This document shows positions 12,943-23,897 of a DNA stretch of 64,000 nucleotides, piece after piece; the stretch's first letter is position 1; each line of letters starts with the position of its first letter. The notes beneath the pieces are model-generated. The model was given only the letters and a program-made list of their open reading frames with translations. It did not search any database and was not told the origin of the DNA. The position numbers and the translations under genes are program-made. The stretch is from Octopus sinensis (lineage: Eukaryota): NCBI RefSeq assembly GCF_006345805.1, contig NC_043001.1, positions 31,000,001 through 31,064,000 of the forward strand, in the 5' to 3' direction.

Positions 12943-13377
12943 GGGATCTTTTCGGTTTGAACGGCAGTTTTTTAAAAATAATTTCCACGTAACTAAACAC
13001 TTTTAAACTTCGTATATTGGTAGAAAGTGTTTATAAAACATCTTTTTCTCTTGGCTTTATTGAGAAAATTCTATAGTTTGTAAGATATTTGTTGTTGTTT
13101 TTTCATCAATTTCTGCAATTTCAACCAATCAATGACTTATATTGAGGTGAAAACATTCTGTGCCGTATGAATATGTCCTTTGTTTAAGAAACAGATTGGG
13201 TTTATTTACATTTCTGAAGAAAAAAGATACCCTTCCCCCCACTCTAACCCTAACCCTAACTAACCCTAACCCTAAAACAGATTGAAATGCAATAGATCGA
13301 TACTAGGGTCATAATTATGGGTGACAATTTCATATGACACCGCTAGAAAAAACTGCCGTTCAAACCGAAAAGATCCC
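12943..13377. mobile_element. MITE with perfect 30-bp TIRs and internal telomere-like (CCCTAA)n
   Basis: GGGATCTTTTCGGTTTGAACGGCAGTTTTT at 12943 and its exact reverse complement ending at 13377; CTAACCCTAACCCTAAC..CCCTAA at 13244-13275. Confidence 0.9.
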
Positions 13378-14738
13378 AAAAACGATATTCTATTAAAAAT
13401 ATTGTCATCTTGTTCGAATAGCAGTTATTTACATGATCACTGGTTTAAAATGAATTCATTTCATCTTCATTTGGGGCAATTTTTTTTCTATTTTAATCAT
13501 AGCCCCATTGCCTCAAGTCGACTAGTGTGAGTGTAATTTAGTAGATGCGGAAATCCATTAGAGGAAATGTCCCGGTGTGTGTGCGTGTTAACCCAATACC
13601 TGGCCTTTGGGTGCCTTTAACAGACTCCACTCTATTGCAACAACTTGAACTTCGTCTCCTAATCTGATAATAAGTTCCTCCCACCTGCCTTGAAGACCAC
13701 GAGAAAAGTCATGGACGTTACCCTTCTTACACAGACAAAGCCGTGGAAAAGAAAACAATAAAAATATCGTTAACATTGAGTTGTATTCTACGTTGTATGA
13801 TAACATTTTTGTCCGTTTGTATCTATTAAATTTGTGTCTAACTCAACATAAAGAAACCCAGCCCTTTCCATGGAATAGAAAACTAATTGGTGTCTTTTGA
13901 TAACCGCCACGTTTATGCTCCTGCCAACCTGTTACAAATTCTTTCTTCTACGAAATCAGTTGATAAACAGCATTTCGGCACATTTACCACAATTATGCAT
14001 TCCAACATTTCCATCATGATCTTGATTGAATGATAAAGTATCTATTAGTTAATTACCTAATGCCAATGTATAGAGTAATCAAAATAAAATTGATGTCTTT
14101 TTTTTTCTTTAATTTCTAACTGGAAAGGTTATTTATAAATGGTCGTATCAACTTTGACCCTTTCTACAAAATCATGTTGCCTCGTTAGATAAAACTGCAA
14201 GTATTCGTAAGCATGAGAAAGCGTGGGTATGATAAGAAGGTGAGAATGAGAGAGAGAGAGAAAAAAGGAAAAGTAAAAGAAGCATTCCATATATTTAGTA
14301 TGTAGCGAGGTGGATTCTCTTTTAACTCTCTCGTATTGTATAAAAGCAGTTGGCTGAGTTTTTATACAGATGAAATCAGGGCTGTCATATTTGATTCCAA
14401 AGAAAACATATTTGTTTGAAGTACTGTTTATTCTAAAAATTTGAAGTAATGTCAGAAACACCTGGTGAATCTTCGTATACGGCTTGTGTGTGTAGGAAGC
14501 GGAGATATAATTTGCCAGTCACGAGGCAACAGCCAAATTCTTCTGCTAGGTGTCATTAGACAGAAATACCGGCGGCAATGTGATGGTGACGATGGTAGCA
14601 ATGTTCGGTGGTTTGGTTTCGGCTATTGGATGTTGCAGAGGTGGAGGATGGAACAGTTCCGACGGCTGCCATGATCATGATGTAAAGGCTGTGATAAGTG
14701 ATAAAGCGGTTCACTACACTTTTTTTAGTCTGCAAGCC

Positions 14739-14791
<53 letters not shown>

Positions 14792-15071
14792 TGAGAGAGA
14801 GAGAGAGAGAGAGGGGGTAGAGAGAGAGAGAGAGAAGAGGTGGTAGTTAGATACGAGAGTAGTAGTAAGAGGTAGAGAACTTGTTAACAATGTATATATT
14901 TATATATTATATATATGTATTATAAGATATATATATATATATAATATATATATAATATATATATATTTATATATATAATATCTATATATATATATATATA
15001 ATATAAATATATATATATATAATATATATATATATAATATATATATATATTTATATATATATAATCATTCG

Positions 15072-15112
<41 letters not shown>

Positions 15113-15311
15113 CTATATATATATATAAATACTATATATATTTATATATATATAATCATTCGTATATATATATTATATAATATTCTATATATATAGAATA
15201 ATATTATATGTGTTTGTATGTATACACTCGAACACATACATGGATGGATAGAGTTAACAGAAAGAGAGAGAGGAGAGAGAGAATGAAAGAGAGAGAGAGG
15301 AAAGAGAGAAT

Positions 15312-15376
<65 letters not shown>
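14739..15376. repeat. (GA)n / (TA)n microsatellite cluster
   Basis: Direct reading. Confidence 0.95.
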
Positions 15377-15380
<4 letters not shown>

Positions 15381-15949
15381 TAAAAATAAAATGTTAAAAG
15401 GTAAAGCGATTGGCAGAAGAAAACTGAGATCTACCGTGTAGGTAGCAAGAAAAACTGTAGGTGTTTTAAAGGCGGTTTGACTCATGTGGAGCAAAGGGAA
15501 CATTAAAAAAAAATAAAATAAAATAACATAAAAAAAGAACAAAAACGAAAAATGCTTTGAAATAGAGAAGAAAAAAATGCAGACAGACAGAAAAGTACAA
15601 GAGAGGAGAACAGAAATGTGAAGGAAAAAATAAAAGCAAAAAAAAAAAAAATGTGAAAAAAATTAAAATATATTCTAAAAGGAAAAGAATAAGAAAAATG
15701 CCAAGACAAATAAGGAAGGATGAAGGGAGGATGAGGGCGAATTACAGCGGATGGTTGTGTGAAAAAGAAATGATACTAAATTGGAAGTTTTCTGTGGTTG
15801 AAATATTTCGTAGGAGGCTATCTATCTTGTTGCTATTTCATTTATTCATTTATTTATTTATTAGAAAATAATTTCTCTCTATCAATCTTTCTAATTTATC
15901 TTTCGGACTTCATTTTTGCTCTCTCACATTTTTTTGTAGTAGACACATT

Positions 15950-16334
15950 GTGGAGGCGCAATGGCCCAGTGGTTAGGGCAGCGGACTCGCGGTCATAGGA
16001 TCGCGGTTTCGATTCCCAGACCGGGCGTTGTGAGTGTTTATTGAGTGAAAACACCTAAAGCTCCACGAGGCTCCGGCAGGGGATGGTGGTGATCCCTGCT
16101 GTACTCTTTCACCACAACTTTCTCTCATTCTTACTTCCTGTTTCTGTTGTACCTGTATTTCAAAGGGCCGGCCTTGTCACTCTCTGTGTCGCGCTGAATA
16201 TCCCCGAGAACTACGTTAAGGGTACACGTGTCTGTGGAGTGCTCAGCCACTTACACGTTAATTTCAAGAGCAGGCTGTTCCGTTGATTCGGATCAACCGG
16301 AACCCTCGTCGTCGTAACCGACGGAGTGCTTCCA
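15950..16334 (+). mobile_element. SINE family C (tRNA-derived), full length with 13-bp TSD
   Basis: GGAGGCGCAATGGCCCAGTGGTTAGGG (A box)...GGTTTCGATTCCC (B box); TSD TAGTAGACACATT at 15937-15949 and 16335-16347; paralogue at 56502. Confidence 0.9.
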
Positions 16335-16480
16335 TAGTAGACACATTCTTAATAAATGAAAATACCACGGCCAAAAGTCAGACATTGATAAAGAGCTTAT
16401 TATATGCTATCAACTAACATTATCTTTCAGCGAATATTCTTCATAGTTACTTAAAGTTAAAACTGAGTTTTCTATGGCCT

Positions 16481-16699
16481 AAGTGCTTTTCAAACTTTTT
16501 GCTGGAGCGGAACCCCAAGGAAGCATTCCACTGGCTCGAGGAACCCCTGTGCAATAATTTAATAGACTTATGCACACATATCTGCACAGGAGAATTAAAA
16601 ATTACTGCCGATTTTAGCAGTTTTGTAACTTCTTGCGGAACCCCTGTACTGTACTGGCGGAACCCTAAGGTTCCGCGGCACCCTGGTTGAAAACCACTG
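16481..16699. mobile_element. hAT(Charlie)-like MITE
   Basis: Imperfect TIRs AAGTGCTTTTCAAAC / GGTTGAAAACCACTG and repeated GGAACCC motifs. Confidence 0.65.
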
Positions 16700-16898
16700 C
16701 TTTACACTGTCATTGGAAATTCAGCCAAATTTCTCTCAAGTAACACTCCTGATTCTTATGAAGCAAAGGTTATATTAGAAACGGTGGGCTCTGGTATTCG
16801 AAATGAAAGGATCATTACAGTTGGCACATCTTTGATCACCTATCAGCTCGAGCAGGTTCTATCTAAATCAAACGGCGACAGTAACCACAGCAATCGTG

Positions 16899-17052
16899 GA
16901 GGCGCAATGGCCCAGTGATTAGGGCAGCGAACTTGCGGTAGTAAGAACGCGGTTTCGATTCCCGATCCGGGCATTGTGAGTGTTTATCGAGCAAAAACAC
17001 CTAAGCTCCAGGAGGATCCGGCGGGGTTGGGGTGAACCCCGCTGTACTCTTT
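16899..17052 (+). mobile_element. SINE family C, 3'-truncated
   Basis: Diverged match to the first 150 bp of 15950-16334. Confidence 0.8.
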
Positions 17053-18954
17053 CTTCCTACTTCTACTACAAAGCAGATGAACCATGGTGTAAACTTTCAG
17101 ACCCTAGTCTAGACTGCGAATCCTTTCTACCCCAGGATGGTTCAGCTCTCCACCCGTTAAAAGCCACCGTTTACGGAATGAGGATAACAACGTAGCTTTC
17201 GCGCCCGTGCAGCCACCAGTCTGTCGCGTGTGGTTGGTGGATCTTCAAATTGCCACACGCATTCTTAGTAGCTTAGAGTAGGCTCGAATTAGAGATTATT
17301 CTTTGTGGCTAATGGCGTGAGTCCTGATTGGAAGAAGAAGAAGGTAAACTAAATATTTAATCCATCACTAAAAATAACAAATACTATGTAATATGTTAAT
17401 GACACAAAATACCCTTGTCGTATTAAATAAAAGAGTACGCGTGGCGGTTTTGGAACGACGAAGATAATGAATCATGTGTTTTCCCCCCCGTTTATTCATT
17501 TCAAAGAAAACCATAAATAGGCCAAATCAATAGGTTGTGAAACTACCAAGTCTGTGTCCTTTCAATCAGCATTTATCAGTGATCATGCCTAGCTTGGACC
17601 GAATCAACTTCAGTGTGTTATTAATATTCAGTCACAGTAGCAAAATCATCCTAATAATCACACCCAGCCATATAAAATGAAGAAAATACTCGTTAGATTA
17701 TGAGGTCTAATATTCCTCTAAAATGGTAGAATAATCACGGTTGGAATGCCTTGGATCGTAGGTCTATCGTAGCAGGGCTGATCTGGGTCTTAAAAAATGC
17801 CACTTCCAAAACAACAACGGTAACAACTGATCAGATTTAGAAAGACGTAAGTGAAGGCCAACTCTGTGGAAAACTGTGTTTAGAACTAAAAAGTATGAAA
17901 CCGGTTACTGAGGAAAATTACCCCGGAATATCTCCCAGAGAGAAAACAAACAGTTAAGTTAGTGTTAGCATATTGATATAGGAAGTAAAACTACTATGTT
18001 TAATCCAGATTGCCATCGCAGAGAAGAGAGTACAACGTTAGCCCAGTGTTTAAATCTTATCGAGGCAAGTAAGGGCGACAACGCAGAATATATCAATCAA
18101 TTAATTATAATTATAATTATGCATGCGCCGAGGAGAAGAGAAACCGTCTGCCTGCACAAAGAGCTAATATTAATTTAATCTGATCTTGCACTAAATTTAT
18201 TCTGATGTATGAATCCCAGTGGCTTAGTTTAGTGGCTGAAACAACTAATGATACATAAAAACACACACAGAAAAAAAAAACTTTTCGGTATTCTCTTGTT
18301 TTATAGAATGAGTTTTATCAATCCAATTTCTCGCAAATAACATTTATAAATAATTAAACCATTAAAAGGTTAGCGTAGCAGAAGAGGGAGTTTCTTTTTT
18401 GTACCTTCTGCGTTTGAATCAATATTCGAAGACATCTTGGTCGAGATCATCTTGCAACTATTTACCGAAGTGGATTCAATCAACTATATCGATCGTTTAG
18501 AAATCTGCGACCTTGAGACGATATACGAACCCGATTAGTCAAATCATTTATTAATTTGCGATTTAGCTACGATTAATCAAAGATTACGAGTGTACGTTTA
18601 ATCTAACCTTTAATCTAAACGTAGGGAGCAAGTAAGGAAGATAAGCGGGGGAAATTAAAAATGAAAGATAGGCTGGACACTCTGTCTTTGTGTTTGCTGT
18701 CTGACTGTCTTCTCACTATCTCTCTCTCTCTCTCATGTATATATATAAAATTAATAAATATATATATACATATATACAGTCACAGGCAGACAGGCAAACA
18801 GGCAGGCAGGCTGGACACTGTCTTTGTGTCTGCTGTCTGACTGTCTTCTCACTCTCTCTCTCATGTATATGTATAAAATTTATAATTATATATATACATA
18901 TATACAGTCACAGACAGACAGGCAAACAGGCAGACAGACAGACAGACAGACACA

Positions 18955-19021
<67 letters not shown>

Positions 19022-19264
19022 TTCTAATACTTTTCTCTCCCTTTAATGAGGAGTATCCCCATAAACGTTAGATTCTCTTCCTTTTTCTTCTATCAGCGTA
19101 TTTATCTCAGGCACATGTTTTTGCTTTTGTATTTGCTTCTCTCCTTTTTGCTTCATAACCTTACTGCTTTTGTGTGACTTTAAAAATCTGTTTATATCCC
19201 TATGTCCATACAGAACCAATCTGCATGCATGTATGTATGTATGTATGTATGTATGTATGTATAA

Positions 19265-19318
<54 letters not shown>

Positions 19319-19339
19319 ACTTAACGATCCTCTCACACC

Positions 19340-19387
19340 GTCTCCGATGAAGGGATATAATAAATATCATGGAAACAGCTGTAAGAC
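19340..19387 (+). ncRNA. Minimal type I hammerhead-like motif (Penelope-type), CCGAUGA core variant
   Basis: GTCT-CCGATGA-AGGGATAT(AATAA)ATATCATG-GAAACAGCTGT-A-AGAC: stem I GTCT/AGAC, palindromic stem III ACAGCTGT, GUA site; base of stem II damaged. Confidence 0.6.
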
Positions 19388-19668
19388 CTTCTATCTATAA
19401 ATGTTCTAAAATCTACTCAGTCTTGTTTTTTTTTATCTCATTACGAAAACTTTTTTATGTACACACGCTGACATATGACTAAAGTTGAACCCCTTATTCG
19501 CAAAATCACCGAACTTGGAACTTAATTATGGTCTATCTATGGCACTTATTCAGCATTACCTGACACCTTTGGGTCTTAATAATGACACAATCACCTCTCA
19601 TAACCTCTCTCTCTCTCTCTTTATATATATATATATATGAATATATATACATATATGAATATATATAC

Positions 19669-19721
<53 letters not shown>

Positions 19722-19837
19722 CATATGTCTATATATGTATATATATGTATACATATATGTATATGTATGTATATATATATATATACACACGCGCGCGCGC
19801 ACAACACACACACACACACACACAAACACATATATAG

Positions 19838-19970
19838 GGGGAATTTACGAAAAAAACAAAAGACGAGGACAGATGGTGTAGAAAACAAACATATGTATTA
19901 GTATAACGCTCAGGAATTGAAAAAGTCTTTCACGTTTCGAGCCTACGCTCTTCCACAGAAAGGAAAAAAT
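19838..19970 (-). mobile_element. Penelope-like pLTR fragment with degenerate hammerhead (19927-19962)
   Basis: Minus strand CTTT-CTGTGGA-A-GAGC(GTAG)GCTC-GAAACGT-G-AAAG. Related sequence occurs inverted at 37699-37790 and diverged at 48205-48295. Confidence 0.55.
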
Positions 19971-20011
19971 GTGTGTAGTGGCTACCAATCTCTCTCTCTC
20001 TCTCTCTCTCT

Positions 20012-20050
<39 letters not shown>

Positions 20051-20064
20051 TATATATATATATA

Positions 20065-20135
<71 letters not shown>

Positions 20136-20464
20136 TATAAGAGAGTGGTCACTATATGGCTCACTCTAGCACCAGTTAATCCAAAAGGTTTCAACCACTA
20201 AAAATAATGTTTCCCATGAAAGTCAGTACGATTGTTAGCTCACTTGGTGTTGAATGGATATACTATTAAATTAGTATCTAATTCTCTCACCCTTATTAAT
20301 TATTATAATTATGCTGCATTTATTTCTAAATGCTGTATTTGTTTTCCGTGAGAGTTTGGCGCGCTGTTAGTTGGGGCATTTGAATTATAACGTCGGATGT
20401 AATCAATTGAACACGCGTATTATCGTTATGGTAAAATCTGGCGTGTGATTGAGTGGATTTCATC

Positions 20465-20560
20465 CAGATAGTTTTGGCCGATGAGCTACAAGTGGATTTT
20501 TTTGTAAGTAAAATTACATTTAATTCATTAATAGCGAAACAATTGTCCCAAAATAATCTG
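20465..20560 (+). ncRNA. Type I hammerhead ribozyme, copy 1 (predicted cleavage after C20547)
   Basis: Stem I CAGATAGTTTTGG/CCAAAATAATCTG; core CCGATGA 20478-20484; stem II GCTA/TAGC extended by GTGGATT/AATTCAT and TGTAA/TTACA; GAAA 20536-20539; palindromic stem III ACAATTGT; GUC site. Confidence 0.8.
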
Positions 20561-20993
20561 TATTTTTGTTTTTTTTTATTGCCCTGTCCGTGTGAGCTAA
20601 CAATCGTACTGACTTTCATGGGAAACATGTATTTTTAGTGGTTGAAACCTTTTGGATAACTGGTGCTAGAGTGAGCCATATAGTGACCACTCTCTTTATT
20701 ATTTTGTAAAAATATTATAATATATTATAAAATATTATAATAATCCAGGTTCTCGGAGCACTAGGCCACTTGGTGTTGAATGGATATACTATTAAATTAG
20801 TATCTAATTCTCTCACCCTATTAATTAATTATAATTATGCTGCATTTATTTCTAAATGCTGTATTTGTTTCCGTGAGAGTTTGGCGCGCTGTTAGTTGGG
20901 GCATTTGAATTATAACGTCGGATGTAATCAATTGAACCACACGCGTATTTATCGTTATGGTAAAATCTGGCGTGTGATTGAGTGGATTTCATC

Positions 20994-21089
20994 CAGATAG
21001 TTTTGGCCGATGAGCTACAAGTGGATTTTTTTGTAAGTAAAATTACATTTAATTCATTAATAGCGAAACAATTGTCCCAAAATAATCTG
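20994..21089 (+). ncRNA. Type I hammerhead ribozyme, copy 2 (predicted cleavage after C21076)
   Basis: Same sequence as copy 1; core 21007-21013, GAAA 21065-21068. Confidence 0.8.
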
Positions 21090-21369
21090 TATTTTTGTTA
21101 TTTTTTTATTTGCCCTGTCCGTGTGAGCTAACAATCGTACTGACTTTCATGGGAAACATGTATTTAGTGGTTGAAACCTTTTGGATTAACTGGTGCTAGA
21201 GTGAGCCATATAGTGACCACTCTCTTATATTTATTTTGTAAAAATATTATAATATATTATAAAATATTATAATAATCCAGGTTTCTCGGAGCACTAGGCC
21301 ACTTGGTGTTGAATGGGATACTATTAAATTAGTATCTAATTCTCTCACCCTTATTAATTAATTATATAT

Positions 21370-21412
<43 letters not shown>

Positions 21413-21516
21413 TGATAGTAATAATATAAACACTAAAAAATGTAATTGGCATTTTGAGCTCGACAGAACACACACGTGTTTCAGTGAATTGATTTGCAGT
21501 TATTTGCAAGGCATTT

Positions 21517-21745
21517 AAGGCTGTGAGCTGGCAGAACCGTTAGCACTCCGGACGAAATGCTGAGCGGCATTTCATCCATCTCCACGTTCTGAGTTCAAAT
21601 TTCGCCGAGGTCGACTTTCCCTTTCATCCTATCGGGGTCGATTAAATAAGTACCAGTTACGTATTACGTACAAGAGTCGATGTAATCGACTTTCCCCCTC
21701 CTCCAAATTCCAGGCCTTGTGCTTATATCAGAAAGGATTATTATA
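21517..21745 (+). mobile_element. SINE family A, diverged
   Basis: GAGCTGGCAGAACCGTTAGC...GAGTTCAAAT...GAGGTCGACTTTCCCTTTCATCC. Confidence 0.8.
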
Positions 21746-21876
21746 CAAGGCAACTGGCAGGGCTAGCATAGCTGCAGCTCTCAAGCTGAAACTAATAAAA
21801 GAAAAGAAATGCATCTATGTATATATGCATGTATGCATATATGTATATGTGTGCGTGTGCGTGTGTGCATGCGTGC

Positions 21877-21923
<47 letters not shown>

Positions 21924-22241
21924 TGTGTGTGTGTGTAGACGCTTATGTTTGCAAAGAAAAGCACTGAATATATTTTGGGTTTGCAGGGATGATGTCATTA
22001 CAATTTGAGATCTAGTTTCTACAATAATAATGTACGTTATGAAGTCACTTAAATATCACCACGATACATTATAGGCCAAAAGAAAGGTAATTCTTTGATA
22101 CGTAGACAGTGCAGAGGTGGTTGCCCTCGAAAGGTTCTTTATCTCTGAAAGCTTCAGAAAAAAAAGCATCACCAGCATAGTTCCAGGTTTTATTGAGATG
22201 CTGGTGTACAATTGTATACAATACGAGCTGTCATAGATGGA

Positions 22242-22490
22242 CAGATTGAATGAAAATTCATAGGAATATTTGCAGAGTTTAAAGTAATTAGCACAAGCTT
22301 AGCGATAGACAACTTCTTAGGCATGACATTAGATTTAAAAACAAACAAACACTCCCCATGCAGAAGCCCAAGTTCAACGTTCACAGACATTCCGACTATG
22401 ACTAGCCCCCAAAATAGTAATCTTCTATTCGGAGTAAGTTGAAGAGTCTTTGATATATCCTGTGGAAGAAATATCTTTAACATATTCTGT
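22242..22490 (+). pseudogene. Penelope-like element reverse transcriptase relic
   Basis: Frame from 22242 reads KFIGIFAEFKVISTSLAIDNFLGMTLDLKTNKHSPCRSPSS...GVS*RVFDISCGRNIFN. This resembles the PLE RT C-terminal pattern NFLDxTLxL...PYxKP...RxSxxSxxxxIF; in-frame stops present. Confidence 0.55.
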
Positions 22491-23435
22491 TGTGTCTGGG
22501 GAGAGTCATTTTCTTTTTGTGTCTTATAATGTAACACACTCACCGGTCAAATTTTCACTTTTTTGTTATTTTTATTTTCCTAAAATTTTCGTTGCGTCTC
22601 GTCTCTTATTAAAATGATGCGCTTTACGCAAACATATTCGTGGTCTTTCGTCATTCCAGCGACATCAGCTTAATATTTTCACTTGTTCTAGATTGCGTCA
22701 TTTGGTCTCTATTGTTATTTATTTGTGTGTGTGTGAATAAAATATATTATATGTGAATTTTCTTTTATGCATCATGTTTTCCATTAAAAAATATACATAA
22801 ACTATGCTAAAATATTTCATCTTTTTTATTTCAAATTTTTCATGTTTTTTCAATAGATTTTTATAGATGATTTGGAACAATAAATAGAGTTTATTCCTAA
22901 ATCCATATCCGACAGCTCCGGACATTCACTCTTATTTTCGAGAATTCAGTATATTTGCCCTCTGCTTGAATTCATGTATATTAGGAAATAATTCAAGTGT
23001 GCCTTTGGCATAAATTTAAATATGTTAAAAAATAATTTACAAAAGCATCGTCAGTTAATTCAAATTTTCGTCTTAGTTGGAGAAAGAAAATGAAAATCTA
23101 TTTGTAATTCTTGGAAACATAAGAAAAAAGGGGTAATTTCCAGAAATTAAGAATTAACCACTCAAACAATTTACATGTTCAAGAGAAAGTCTGATCTTTA
23201 TTTCCAAAGCGAAGGACAACCCTGGACATGTTTCGGCGTTATGAGACCTCACCAATATAAGTGTATTCTACTCAAACCAGCTTTGATCGGGTGAGCATAC
23301 AGAACAGTCCCGAATAATTATTGATCAGTAAAAGTTATATGATTAAAAAATATAATGTATGTGTGTATAATATATTTTAACTGAAGATTTGGCCAAATTT
23401 TAATTTAAAACTATATACATAGTAAAGTTTCATGT

Positions 23436-23658
23436 CTTTTATCTTTTACTGGTTTCAGTCCTTAGACTGTCCCCATGCTGGAGCATCGCCTTGAAGGGTT
23501 TTTAGTCGAACGAATTGACACCCAGTCCTTTTTTTTAAAGCAAGCCTGGTACTTATTCTATCAGATTCTTCTGCGGAACCGCTAAGTTGCGGGGACATAC
23601 ACAAGCCAATACTGGTTTTTAAGCGATGGTGAGGAACAAATACATATACAATGACACA

Positions 23659-23729
<71 letters not shown>

Positions 23730-23897
23730 ACAACACACACACACGATAGGCTTCTTTCAGTTTCCGTCTACCATATCCACTCACAAGGCTTTGGTCTGCC
23801 CGAAGCTAGAGTAGAAGACTGTTGCCCAAGACGCACGCAGTGGGACTGAACTCGGAACCATGTGATTTGGAAGTAAACTTCTTACTACACAGCCACA
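23436..23897 (-). mobile_element. SINE family B with internal (CA)n
   Basis: Reverse-complement match to head and tail of the copy at 55836. Confidence 0.85.

Larger units (their letters stand above)
20131..21362 (+). mobile_element. Hammerhead-containing tandem repeat (2.1 x about 530 bp) with 5' inverted segment; retrozyme / non-autonomous Penelope-like unit
   Basis: Units start at 20241, 20767 and 21300 (CACTTGGTGTTGAATGG). 20131-20243 is the reverse complement of 20592-20704. (TA)n on both flanks; no plausible coding ORF. Confidence 0.8.

Noticed and set aside
13244-13275. Telomere or chromosome-fusion site
   Set aside because: Only about five units, inside a TIR-bounded MITE.
13608-13735. 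Possible minus-strand exon ending CAG|GTATTG
   Set aside because: Weak acceptor, no recognisable peptide, no supporting neighbours.
15952-16026. tRNA-like sequence (also at 16899 and 56502)
   Set aside because: It is the head of a roughly 380-bp SINE with TSD; no clean cloverleaf or terminator, so not called a tRNA gene.
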